DNA of 64,000 nucleotides from Candidatus Babelota bacterium (GTDB lineage Bacteria; Babelota; Babeliae; Babelales; Vermiphilaceae): NCBI GenBank assembly GCA_049325595.1, contig JBMOLF010000015.1, positions 74,479 to 138,478 of the forward strand, read 5' to 3'. Shown piece by piece: positions 55,231 to 64,000 of this stretch (position 1 is its first letter; each line of letters starts with the position of its first letter). The notes under the pieces were generated by a model. It saw only the letters and a program-made list of their open reading frames with translations, ran no database searches and was not told where the DNA came from. The position numbers and the translations under genes were made by a program.

Positions 55231-55350
55231 GAATCTCCTTTTTTTGGCAAATCTTAGTGTACAAAAATCAAAACTTCAACAGACTAAAATAATTGAATAA
55301 ACAGAGAAAACCTTCTTATCAATTTTATCAGATCAACAGCTATTCTTAAA

Positions 55351-56067
55351 TTAAAAATAATGCATAGTCGATTTTAATTCTTTAATATAAGACAATTGTC
55401 GCTGATAGGTATCTAAAAATTGATCTTCATTGTGTGGATTAAGGCCAATAAGAAGATTGCCTAATCCATATATAAATATAATCAAGGAGACAGCAGATCC
55501 CCATCCAAGTACGAGTTCTAAATTATTAAGATTTATTTTTGCTTGAAAAAGAGTATTTAGTTTATGAGAATTCAAGAAACGTCGGCCAGAAACAAATAAA
55601 GCTCCGCAGAATGTCTCAACCCGCATCCCTTGTTGCTGAAATTCTTTTTTAATAAAATTAAATTTTGATTTACTTTGCGTATACCATTTCTTGTAACTAA
55701 TATAAAGCAAATAATTTAGCCCAGAACTGATGGCTATTGATATACATCCGTTGCGAATTGATTTATAATCGTACCTTTTGTTTTTAAATGATTCAATTCT
55801 TTTGATCCTCATTTCAAGTTTATTTTCTAAGTCTAGCAATAATCCAAATTTATCTAATTCAAGAGATAATGAATCTAATGCGCTCTTAATCATTTCTTGA
55901 AATGTTTGATCATTAATATTTTTACTTTTGTTGAGAAATGCATTTGTGTCTTCTCTTAACAAAGTATAAGACAAAGGATGATTGTAAAAAAATGAATAGT
56001 TGTTGGAAGTTGTAGTAACCAATATTAAAAATATAATTTTTAAAATTAAGCTCTTAACTAAATACAT
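55351..56067 (-). CDS. hypothetical membrane protein
   Basis: 238 aa with an N-terminal signal or anchor and C-terminal TM helices. No domain recognised. Confidence 0.45.
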   Translation of the reverse strand: MYLVKSLILKIIFLILVTTTSNNYSFFYNHPLSYTLLREDTNAFLNKSKNINDQTFQEMIKSALDSLSLELDKFGLLLDLENKLEMRIKRIESFKNKRYDYKSIRNGCISIAISSGLNYLLYISYKKWYTQSKSKFNFIKKEFQQQGMRVETFCGALFVSGRRFLNSHKLNTLFQAKINLNNLELVLGWGSAVSLIIFIYGLGNLLIGLNPHNEDQFLDTYQRQLSYIKELKSTMHYF

Positions 56068-56285
56068 TGATTTCTCATAAAGGTTTTATTTAACACTCAT
56101 TTTTATAATATAACAGTTTTGGAAAATACTTTTATATTCGTTATTTAAGTCTAGAGTTTTATTATTTTTTATTAGTACAATTGATTTCGTGTAAGGTCAA
56201 TTATTAAGAGTGCAAATAATAAGATGTTTTTAAAGAAAAAAGGGAACCTTTTAGGGTTCCCTTAAGTTTTATGGCTAACCAGATC

Positions 56286-57068
56286 TTAGCTAATGTCAGC
56301 ATCTATTGGGCCATTGTCAGACTTTTTGTCGTCTGATTCTGGTTGTTGTCTTATTTCATAAGAATGATCATTTTTTTTGAAAATTACAAAATCTGCATAT
56401 TGTTTAGTTGGAGCTATTGTTTTATGATAGTCTTCCATATCCCATTTTATATCTTCATCAAATTTTTCACGTGTTCGTGCTTTTTCTGGTGTTCTCAGTT
56501 CTCTTTTCCAATTCCATTCAATAATATCTGTGTCATCAGCATCAAGAAAAACTCTTATACTGCTATATTTTAAAAAGTCATAACTTGTAGAGTCACACAA
56601 ACAATAAATGCCTTCAAATAAGATGAGATTAACATTATGAAAACAAGCAACTTCTGTATCTTTAGTGCTCACTTTTTCTGCGTGATCCCAGATTGGTTTT
56701 TCGATGTGTTCTTCTCCTGAAATAATTTTCGAGAGAGTATCATGTAGTTTTATGTGATCGAAATTTTTATGGATTAATGGATTTTCTACCGGGGTAGGTT
56801 GTAGAAAGTCATCAGCCTTTAAAATTTTTACTTTAACCCCTTGCTGGCGCAATAATTTTGAAAGTTTTCTGGTGAAATAACTTTTGCCTACGGCAGAACA
56901 ACCGGCAATGGCAATGATAGGTTTTGAAGAGGTAGGATTATCTGCGTGTTGTTGTGCTAATTTTTTTGCTTGTTCTAATAAAGGAGTGCATATAATTTCA
57001 AAATTATCTTCGCTTGCTTTAATACTACTAATTAGGCTTAAAATCAAAATAATAGTAATTTTGTACAT
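56286..57068 (-). CDS. secreted uridine kinase/phosphoribulokinase-family P-loop kinase carrying the DnaK-type C-terminal tail
   Basis: Signal peptide and P-loop IIAIAGCSAVGKSYFTRKL, with a PRK/Udk-like layout. The last 18 aa, [18 protein letters not shown], match the DnaK C-terminus. Confidence 0.6.
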   Translation of the reverse strand: MYKITIILILSLISSIKASEDNFEIICTPLLEQAKKLAQQHADNPTSSKPIIAIAGCSAVGKSYFTRKLSKLLRQQGVKVKILKADDFLQPTPVENPLIHKNFDHIKLHDTLSKIISGEEHIEKPIWDHAEKVSTKDTEVACFHNVNLILFEGIYCLCDSTSYDFLKYSSIRVFLDADDTDIIEWNWKRELRTPEKARTREKFDEDIKWDMEDYHKTIAPTKQYADFVIFKKNDHSYEIRQQPESDDKKSDNGPIDADIS

Positions 57069-57240
57069 ACTGACCTTTTTTTGTTAATAAAATTTTTTAA
57101 ATCACAAAAGTTTAATACAAAATTATTATCAGAGCAATGGCCTAACGCTATAAGCTATACAAAATACCTAATTGCAATGTTTAAAGAAAAAAAGGGAACC
57201 TTTTGAGGGCTCCCTTATCGTATAAGTGCTAATCTACTAT

Positions 57241-57352
57241 TTAGCTAATGTCTGCATCAATTGGACCATTGTCAGATTTAGTATCATCTAATTCTGGTTT
57301 TTGTTCTGCACCTTCAGCGCCGCCTTATTTGTATAACAATTCAGCTAGTTTT
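57241..57352 (-). pseudogene. decayed duplicate of the dnaK 3' end (~110 nt)
   Basis: Aligns to 58831-58940. Encodes ...AELLYK[35 protein letters not shown] with no upstream ORF. Confidence 0.8.
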
Positions 57353-57481
57353 GTATATTGTTGAATAAATATGCATTAGTAATCGATGCCTGAGTTTAAC
57401 GCATTTCTCTATTGAAGCATCAAATTGACAAAATCTTAAAATAATATATTCTAATAGAAACAATAAAGCGGGGGAAGAATT

Positions 57482-58699
57482 ATGAATAAAAAATTACTTT
57501 ATGTTTTTTTAGTTGCATTTCTTTTTGATCATGGTTCGATTAGTTCGGCTGAAAAAAATTCCAAATTAATCTTTAATACGCCACTTAGTAATAGATTAAA
57601 AAAAGATTTTTTTCTTCAAGCTACGCAAAAAAAGTCATGGGAAAAATCTTGCGAGCACATTTACAATAAATATTCCAATAACAAAAAAGACATAAGTCCT
57701 TTGGGTGTAGGTTTAGATGTAACAAATCAAATCTCTTTCAATAGTCAACACGCAAACAAATCTCAAACTGATGCTTATTTATCTGTGATTAGTTTTAATA
57801 AGAGTCTATTTTGGCCAATAATAGAGAGATGCAACATGCAATTGTTAATTAAAAAAATGATTGAACAAGAACGCATTATGGCAAAAACGCATTATGTTTT
57901 TTATCATGGTCAGAATAATACCTTTATCTTGTTGCAAGATATATTAAAAGAATTTGCTCAATTGAATTCTCAACATACCACCAATGAGAATTTTGAATTT
58001 TTACGATCACCATTTTCATCTCTAAGCGGCACTACAGTTCAAGATTTTCTAAAGGAAACGTTGGAAAAGTATCCATGCAGTAATTACGACAAAAAACCTG
58101 ATATTAGCTGTCATCTTATTTCAGCTAATTTAAGTATTTTTGGTAATGAAACGCGCAACGGTGAAAATTCACTTTTTTATTTTTTGACTAACTACAGTTC
58201 ATCACTAAATGATTTAAAAAAAATTATTACTGAACTATTTATCAAGCTTAATATTGATCAAAATCATGTAGACAAGGTAATCAATACATACAAGCCCTTA
58301 TTCAACAAATCAAATTATGGCCTTATGCAGCAGATTTTCATTCCAAAAAACCTTGTTGATTCTTGTGTTTATTTATCAGAGCCCTTTGGTATTCCTTACA
58401 AAGAGCAAATTGATAAAAATACTTTTGATACTGTAAAGCGTATGCATACCAAAATTTCTTCTATTTTGGAGTTATACCAAAAAGAACCTGAAGCACTCAA
58501 CAAGTCAACTTGGTACAAGTGGTTCACGCTATCAGAGAGTCATTTGATGAAAATGCAAGCCCGAATTTTAATGACTAAGGATATAATGCTAAATCCCAAC
58601 AGTGGTGTAAAAATTTATCGACACCATAAATTTGATGTTGAGGTATACAATCAGTGTAAAGCAGAGTTGAGAAAAATTATTAATTTAATAAGATCATAA
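57482..58699 (+). CDS. secreted hypothetical protein
   Basis: 405 aa with signal peptide LLYVFLVAFLFDHGSISSA. No recognised domain. Confidence 0.5.
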   Translation: MNKKLLYVFLVAFLFDHGSISSAEKNSKLIFNTPLSNRLKKDFFLQATQKKSWEKSCEHIYNKYSNNKKDISPLGVGLDVTNQISFNSQHANKSQTDAYLSVISFNKSLFWPIIERCNMQLLIKKMIEQERIMAKTHYVFYHGQNNTFILLQDILKEFAQLNSQHTTNENFEFLRSPFSSLSGTTVQDFLKETLEKYPCSNYDKKPDISCHLISANLSIFGNETRNGENSLFYFLTNYSSSLNDLKKIITELFIKLNIDQNHVDKVINTYKPLFNKSNYGLMQQIFIPKNLVDSCVYLSEPFGIPYKEQIDKNTFDTVKRMHTKISSILELYQKEPEALNKSTWYKWFTLSESHLMKMQARILMTKDIMLNPNSGVKIYRHHKFDVEVYNQCKAELRKIINLIRS

Positions 58700-58776
58700 A
58701 CACGATAATAACAATTAAGAAAAAAAAGCTTGCTTAGTACAAGTAAAAAAAATTTTTCCTTGTAATTTAGAAACAA

Positions 58777-58801
58777 GAGAGGGGCGTAAAGCGCCCCTCT
58801 C
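58777..58801. terminator. bidirectional terminator between 57482-58699 and dnaK
   Basis: gagaggggcg-taaag-cgcccctctc, a 10-bp GC-rich stem. Confidence 0.7.
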
Positions 58802-58830
58802 TTTATATTTACTACTGGCCTAAAACAACA

Positions 58831-60714
58831 TTAGCTAATGTCTGCATCAATTGGACCATTGTCAGATTTGGTATCATCTGATTCTGGTTTTTGTTCTGCG
58901 CCTTCAGCGCCACCTTGTTTGTACAACAATTCAGCTACTTTGTGAGACGCTTTGAGCAATTCATCGTGAGCTTTTTGCAATTCTTCTGCATTATGCTCAT
59001 GTTCTTTGAGTGCAGATTTAGCTTTATCGATTGCTTGTTGCAGATCTTGTGCATCTTGAGCAGGGATTTTTTCTTTATTCTCTGCTAAGGTTTTTTCGAT
59101 TTGCAAGATGGTGCCATCAAGTTGATTTCTTTTTTCAACTGTTTCACGGGCTTTTTTGTCTTCAGCTTCGTGTGCTTTTGCATCTTGTACCATGCGATCG
59201 ATTTCTTCTTTGCTTAAGCCGCTGCTGCTGGTAATAGTGATTTTTTGCTCTTTACCAGAAGCTTTGTCTTTTGCAGAAACATGTACAATACCGTTAGCAT
59301 CGATGTCAAACGACACTTCAACTTGTGGAACGCCACGAGGAGCGGCAGGAATACCTTCTAATCTGAATTGGCCAAGCATTTTGTTATCTTTGGCAAATTC
59401 ACGCTCACCTTGGAATACACGAATATCTACGGCTGTTTGATTATCTTCAGCAGTTGAGAATACTTGTGATTTCTTGGTTGGGATTGTGGTATTACGTTCA
59501 ATTAACTTGGTCATCACGCCGCCAAGGGTTTCAATACCAAGTGACAACGGAGTAACGTCAAGCAAGAGTACATCCGTTACTTCACCTGCTAATACACCAC
59601 CTTGAATTGCAGCGCCAACGGCTACTACTTCATCAGGGTTTACTGATTTGTTAGGTTCTTTACCAAAGAACTCTTTAACTAATTGCTGTACTTTTGGAAT
59701 ACGGGTTGAACCACCAACTAAGATAACTTCGTCAATTTGGCTTGGGCTTAATTGTGCATCAGCAAGTGCGCGTTTGCATGGTTCGAGTAAGCGTTTGAAA
59801 ATGTCTGAGCAAAGAGACTCAAGTTTTGCACGAGATAATTTGATATTCAAGTGCTTAGGACCGGTTGCATCAGCAGTGATGTAAGGCAAATTGATATCGG
59901 TTTCGTGTAAGGTTGAAAGCTCTTTTTTTGCTTTCTCAGCCGCTTCTTTTAAGCGCTGTAACGCCATGCTATCTTTAGTAAGATCGATGCCTTGCTCTTT
60001 TTTAAATTCATCAGCAATGTAATCGATTAACACATGGTCAACGTCGTCACCACCAAGATGGGTGTCGCCATTGGTTGAGCGCACTTCGATAACGCCATCA
60101 TTAATTTCTAGGACTGAAATATCAAATGTACCACCACCAAAGTCAAACACGGCAATAGTACCACTTTTTTTCTTATCAAAGCCATAGGCTAATGCTGCTG
60201 CAGTAGGCTCGTTGATGATACGTTTTACTTCTAAGCCTGCAATGCGACCTGCGTCTTTGGTTGCTTGACGTTGTGAGTCGTTAAAATAAGCAGGTACCGT
60301 AATTACCGCTTCGGTAACTTTTTCGCCTAAAAACTCTTCAGCGGTTTGCTTGAGTTCGCTCAAAATAGCCGCAGATATTTCTTGTGGGGTATATTCTTTG
60401 CCTTGTGCGACGATAGCAATGTCGCCATTGCTGCGCTTTACTATTTTGTAAGGCATTTTTTTGATTTCATTGGTCATTTCATCATATTGATGGCCAATGA
60501 AACGCTTAACTGAATAAATGGTGTTTTCAGGGTTGGTAACTGCTTGACGTTTTGCTAAGGTACCTACCAAACGTTTGCCATCTTTGGTAAATGCAACGAT
60601 AGAAGGGGTTGTATTTGAACCATCTTTATTAGGAATAACTTTCGGGGTACCACCTTCCATGAAGGCTACTACCGAGTTGGTTGTTCCTAAATCTATGCCA
60701 ATTATTTTTGCCAT
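58831..60714 (-). CDS. dnaK: molecular chaperone DnaK (Hsp70)
   Basis: 627 aa. [33 protein letters not shown] and substrate-binding and lid domains. The unusual C-terminal tail is ...[18 protein letters not shown]. Confidence 0.97.
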   Translation of the reverse strand: MAKIIGIDLGTTNSVVAFMEGGTPKVIPNKDGSNTTPSIVAFTKDGKRLVGTLAKRQAVTNPENTIYSVKRFIGHQYDEMTNEIKKMPYKIVKRSNGDIAIVAQGKEYTPQEISAAILSELKQTAEEFLGEKVTEAVITVPAYFNDSQRQATKDAGRIAGLEVKRIINEPTAAALAYGFDKKKSGTIAVFDFGGGTFDISVLEINDGVIEVRSTNGDTHLGGDDVDHVLIDYIADEFKKEQGIDLTKDSMALQRLKEAAEKAKKELSTLHETDINLPYITADATGPKHLNIKLSRAKLESLCSDIFKRLLEPCKRALADAQLSPSQIDEVILVGGSTRIPKVQQLVKEFFGKEPNKSVNPDEVVAVGAAIQGGVLAGEVTDVLLLDVTPLSLGIETLGGVMTKLIERNTTIPTKKSQVFSTAEDNQTAVDIRVFQGEREFAKDNKMLGQFRLEGIPAAPRGVPQVEVSFDIDANGIVHVSAKDKASGKEQKITITSSSGLSKEEIDRMVQDAKAHEAEDKKARETVEKRNQLDGTILQIEKTLAENKEKIPAQDAQDLQQAIDKAKSALKEHEHNAEELQKAHDELLKASHKVAELLYKQGGAEGAEQKPESDDTKSDNGPIDADIS

Positions 60715-60790
60715 GGATTTAGCCCTTTAGTTTTATAGTTGGTTTTCGTTAAAAATATTTGATTTTAATAATCTCATAAAATCCCTATAA

Positions 60791-60820
60791 ATTATAGATA
60801 AAACATACCCCCTCTGTCAA
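60791..60820 (-). promoter_or_regulatory. sigma70-type promoter of dnaK
   Basis: On the minus strand: TTGACA (60820-60815), 18-nt spacer, TATAAT (60796-60791). About 75 nt upstream of the ATG. No CIRCE-like element seen. Confidence 0.55.
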
Positions 60821-61077
60821 ACAAATACTAAAAAAATCTTAGTCTTTTACACTAAGCTTTTATATAAATAAAAATTTAACTTTTAACCTGAATAAATTTA
60901 TGTAAATTTTTTCTATGTTCGATAATGTTTCACACAGGCATAAATAATTATAAGCGTCGCATAACGAAAGTATTCTGTAACAATATTCGATCGACGCACT
61001 TGATTGACCTGTTTTTTTTCTGATTTTGTTTGCGCGATTTGAGCCCTTATTTATAAGGTTTTTAGGAGTAATTGATT

Positions 61078-61092
61078 CGCGCGGCGCGCGAC
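61078..61092. other. all-G/C-core 15-nt perfect palindrome TCGCGCG-G-CGCGCGA within a GC-rich noncoding island
   Basis: Read directly from the sequence. It sits in a ~100-nt GC-rich patch (61064-61165) in an otherwise AT-rich intergenic region. Confidence 0.6.
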
Positions 61093-61165
61093 AGGGCACT
61101 CCGTCTGCACCCCTCAGCCCATTTTGTGGGTAGGGAAGGGGGGCTTACGGGGATTTGACTCCGTT

Positions 61166-61960
61166 AAAAACAGGAAGCAGGAGGAAGAAGAGGAAAGCGA
61201 GGGGGAAAGGATTAAAAATAGGGGAAAGAAAGGATGGGGGAGAAAATAAGGGAGGAATAAATAAAAGAGATAGGTTAGGTGTAGAGGTATAAGTAATAAG
61301 AATAATAGACACCTGTATATAAGCACATGGCATGACTTAGCTAAAAGATAAATAAATATGATGTATGATGTAGGAATTAAAACTATATAGCATTAAAACA
61401 AAGTAAAAACTTACTTATATAAAAAGTATACAAGAGAATAAGATATGAGAGATAAGAGAAAGAGAATATGCATGATATATAGACTTAGAATATATAGGGT
61501 GAAGATAAATAGAAATCTAAAGATTAAGAAATAAGAGCAAAGTCAAAAACTAAGACTAAGAATACTCGCTAAAGACATAACTAGTACTAAGATTAAACAA
61601 AGAAGAAGAGTAATAAACAATAAGCAAAACTAACCGATAAGAAATAAACAATAATAAAGCAAACTAATAAGATAACCAAGAAGAACAAGAAGCTCTATAA
61701 ATTTATGGAGCAAAAGAAGAACTTAAGCAAGAAGGCAAATACCAATAAGAAATCTACTGATTATTATTAGAAGAGTATAACTAGCTAATACTAAAAAAAG
61801 ACGTAGTTAGAAAAGAAGAAGGGTGATAAGAATAAGAAGAAGAAGAAAAGGAATATATCTTATTAAAATACCGTTAAGAGGAAGATCAAAAACTCCACAT
61901 CGCATGAAAAGAACAGTAAGACAATATCTTCACACGAACCAATCAAACGTTGCGCAATAA
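61166..61960 (+). repeat. ~800-bp low-complexity polypurine (A/G-rich, nearly C-free) noncoding tract
   Basis: Hand counts: 61201-61260 has 54/60 purines and no C; 61261-61320 and 61561-61620 each have 41/60 purines. No ORF over 70 aa in any frame. Degenerate AAGA/ATAAG/AGAAG words throughout. Confidence 0.8.
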
Positions 61961-62087
61961 TTTGAGCCAAAATAACCAATAGATACGCTATTTTTTCTCA
62001 TTTAATAGTTTTATTTGTTAAAAAAATAAGTAGTCCAATATATTTTTTTTTACATTATATTTTTAGATGAAAATCATACTTATCATA

Positions 62088-63401
62088 TTATTTAAAAAAT
62101 AACCTAAAAGGGGAAAGACGGCGCGGCTGGTTCTTATAATCATTTTTTATTATCACTATCTCCTGCCATTTAACCTTTTTAGTAGCAAGCCACATTATTA
62201 CCATGCTTACTAATCTCACCGTTTGAATCGCCACTAATGCAAATAACAACCCTGTTTTTGCAACGATCACTACTACAATAGCTGCCCCATACCCTAGCCC
62301 GTATACAATATATGAAGTAATTAATTCTTTATAACGCCCTTGCACTTCAAGTATACGCTCATAAGGTAATAATAATGATTCTGCTATGTAAGAACAAATT
62401 AAAATAAGTAACGGAACAAAAAATTGATTATCAAAAATATACGGCAAACAAATAAGCAATAACATTAATAACATAATAAGAGGTATAGTTAACAACATGA
62501 CCTTTCTTTTTAGGTGAATAACCGACTTATTAAAAAAGTTTTGTTCTCCTAACTCATTAGCATATGAGAGAAATGCTGTATCAGCTGATCCAAGAGATTT
62601 TACTACTATCCGGTAACAGGCGAGCGCGGCGTCATTAGTTATTTTGTAAAGAGTGGCACTTTCTATTCCTAGCGTGGCGGCAAAAAAAGGTAATAAAAAG
62701 TTTCGCTCGCTCAAGCTTTTTAAAATGGTAGTAACGCCCATTATGCCTGTATGCTTGGTAAATGAATTTTCAATTGTTGGTGAACCAACAAACGGTACTT
62801 GCTGGACTATAAACCTCTTGAGATTAATTCCTGTTATTAAAACGGCCATACCTGTGGTTAATAATTTGACCATTAACAGTTTCTCAAGAGTTAAACAAGT
62901 AAATGCTATATAACTAATACCGAGTATTTCGATGGCAGTTACGAGTATTAAAACACAATTGAACTGTTTATTTAAAAAATAGGCGTGAGAAATATTTTGA
63001 AGTAAAAAAACAATTCCCTGAGCTATAAATAGCGTTAAATATAAAATTATTTGGGTGGCTGAAAAATAAGGAAACAAGAATCGATGAAAAAAGAAGATTC
63101 CTAAACTCGCTACACCTAGCAGAGCTAATTGAAAATAAATAATTTTCTTAATAAGGCTATGCGATTGCTGTAGTAATGATAAGGCAAATCGGGCAATTGA
63201 TTTTTTTAGACCACAATCAAGCCACAAGAGAATAAGATATAACAATGCCAGGCTATGCGACCATTGATAGAAAATAAAAGTATCGCCGCAATAATATACA
63301 CAATAAGAACTGAGCAGTTGCGCAATCTTGGTGCATGAAAAAAGAAGTGCGTTCCAGGTAAGAGCTGAAGTAAATGAAGAAAAAAGATGTGCTGATTTCA
63401 T
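62088..63401 (-). CDS. polytopic membrane protein (MOP/Wzx-flippase-like, tentative)
   Basis: 437 aa with about 12 predicted hydrophobic helices. No soluble domain, and family assignment is uncertain. Confidence 0.4.
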   Translation of the reverse strand: MKSAHLFSSFTSALTWNALLFSCTKIAQLLSSYCVYYCGDTFIFYQWSHSLALLYLILLWLDCGLKKSIARFALSLLQQSHSLIKKIIYFQLALLGVASLGIFFFHRFLFPYFSATQIILYLTLFIAQGIVFLLQNISHAYFLNKQFNCVLILVTAIEILGISYIAFTCLTLEKLLMVKLLTTGMAVLITGINLKRFIVQQVPFVGSPTIENSFTKHTGIMGVTTILKSLSERNFLLPFFAATLGIESATLYKITNDAALACYRIVVKSLGSADTAFLSYANELGEQNFFNKSVIHLKRKVMLLTIPLIMLLMLLLICLPYIFDNQFFVPLLILICSYIAESLLLPYERILEVQGRYKELITSYIVYGLGYGAAIVVVIVAKTGLLFALVAIQTVRLVSMVIMWLATKKVKWQEIVIIKNDYKNQPRRLSPFRLFFK

Positions 63402-63517
63402 AGTGACTGCGTAGGTTATGTATAAGAATCATTGTACTATAATGCCAAATAGTTGCTCAGAACGATAGCTATTTGTTATGGTTAGCATAATTTGTGGTGT
63501 TTCACTTAAGGAATATA

Positions 63518-64000
63518 ATGAATTTAAAGAGAGTGGTAGTTTTAATTATGGCGATAAAGCTAACCATGCTCGGAGCTATTTTTATTAATTCTTACGAGGA
63601 TAACAGCCGTTTTTTTATTGGTAGACAACCAGAAGACGATAGTCGCTTTTTTGCAAGCGATGATGAAATTATTCCCGTAGAAGCTTATGATATTTTTGGA
63701 AGCACCCGACTTATGAATGCGGTTTCAGCCCCAGATTTACCCGAAATAGTTAAATTGCTCAAAGCGGGGGCAAACGTCAATGCTCATTCAAGAGATTATG
63801 AAGGTGGAACGCCATTGATTTTTGCTGTTCAAAATGGTTTTATGCCAGGCATGTTTGAGGCCATAGCTCTGCTTGTTGAATATGATGCCGATATTAATGC
63901 TAAAGATAATGTAGGAATGACCGTATTTCATTACCTTAATAGCATTCCAGACCCTATTATGATGGAAAATTTGTTGCATTTATTTGTAGATCGTGGCGGC
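63518..64000 (+). CDS. ankyrin-repeat protein, 3' end outside window
   Basis: ATG at 63518 with the frame open to the window end. N-terminal hydrophobic segment, then ANK-like repeats (TRLMNAVSAPDLPEIVKLLKAGANVNA..., GGTPLIFAVQNGF...LLVEYDADINAKDNVGMTVFHY). Confidence 0.7.
   Translation, partial: MNLKRVVVLIMAIKLTMLGAIFINSYEDNSRFFIGRQPEDDSRFFASDDEIIPVEAYDIFGSTRLMNAVSAPDLPEIVKLLKAGANVNAHSRDYEGGTPLIFAVQNGFMPGMFEAIALLVEYDADINAKDNVGMTVFHYLNSIPDPIMMENLLHLFVDRGG

Noticed and set aside
58891-59884. Several plus-strand ORFs (65-94 aa) antisense to dnaK.
   Set aside because: These are shadow ORFs inside a highly conserved gene, with no independent support. The same reasoning applies to the antisense or alternate-frame ORFs inside ftsK, the NUDIX genes, alaX-like, hss, the GH genes, ychF and the IS5 transposase.
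60860-61099. 79-aa minus-strand ORF upstream of the dnaK promoter.
   Set aside because: It has no RBS, runs through the GC-rich palindromic island, and its sequence is not protein-like (Arg/Lys/Cys-rich with low complexity). Treated as noncoding.
61137-61165. GGGGGCTTACGGGGATTTGACTCCG resembles the 5' end of tmRNA (compare B. subtilis GGGGACGTTACGGATTCGAC), raising the idea that the GC-rich island starts an ssrA gene, possibly a permuted one.
   Set aside because: I find no T-arm (GGTTCGA-type loop), no complementary 3' acceptor strand with CCA, either downstream or immediately upstream as a permuted gene would need, and no plausible tag reading frame. The downstream sequence is polypurine rather than pseudoknot-like. 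An Infernal tmRNA scan would settle it.
61168-61185. CAGGAAGCAGGAGG resembles the SRP RNA domain IV GGAAGCAGC motif.
   Set aside because: There is no complementary strand to form the conserved helix 8 with a GNRA loop. The match is expected by chance in a polypurine context.
61114-61333. Two overlapping minus-strand ORFs (70 and 62 aa) inside the polypurine tract.
   Set aside because: Their translations are pure F/L/S/P low complexity, as dictated by the pyrimidine-rich strand. They have no RBS and no start context, and they overlap each other in different frames.
63788-63979. 63-aa minus-strand ORF.
   Set aside because: It lies antisense within the better-supported ankyrin-repeat ORF.
1-64000. 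Looked for CRISPR arrays, rRNA genes and additional tRNAs (searching for GGTTCGA/TTCAAAT T-loops and regularly spaced repeats).
   Set aside because: No regularly spaced direct repeats and no rRNA-like conserved blocks were seen. Only the tRNA-Gln T-loop was found by eye. A tRNAscan or Infernal run could still reveal something missed.

Overview
AT-rich bacterial chromosomal segment using the standard code, with about 70 CDSs, one tRNA, and no rRNA or CRISPR. Housekeeping anchors are uppP (partial), ftsK, murF, rsmH, spoVG, tRNA-Gln, sppA, an alaX-like editing protein, maf, homospermidine synthase, an hspR-like/htpX operon, ychF and dnaK. Between them lies a very large accessory load. It includes two IS elements (IS5-family with TSD; an IS200/IS605 tnpA at a deletion junction) and a tRNA-Gln-adjacent island bounded by ~88-nt direct repeats, which carries a higBA-type TA pair and a phage gpII-like Rep. 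There are several frameshifted or truncated genes and dozens of orphan signal-peptide proteins in paralog families. Many carry eukaryote-like modules: SET methyltransferase, HDAC-like deacetylase, two RING-type zinc fingers, F-box-like N-termini, Sel1 and ankyrin repeats, a J-domain protein, and three small paralogs ending in CaaX prenylation boxes. By inference only, this profile fits an intracellular symbiont or pathogen of a eukaryote (amoeba-associated lineages such as Dependentiae/TM6-like). Five observations stand out. (1) An 18-aa C-terminal tail of DnaK ([17 protein letters not shown]) is reused on unrelated neighbouring genes, conserved through synonymous changes, and also occurs as an out-of-frame copy and a decayed copy. 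(2) The CaaX trio flanks a J-domain protein. (3) A RING variant pair has a C-x2-D sixth ligand. (4) Tandem secreted GH1 enzymes both lack the acid/base Glu. (5) An ~800-bp almost C-free polypurine tract, with an adjacent GC-rich palindromic island, lies upstream of dnaK. All functional calls come from motif reading by eye; no searches were run.
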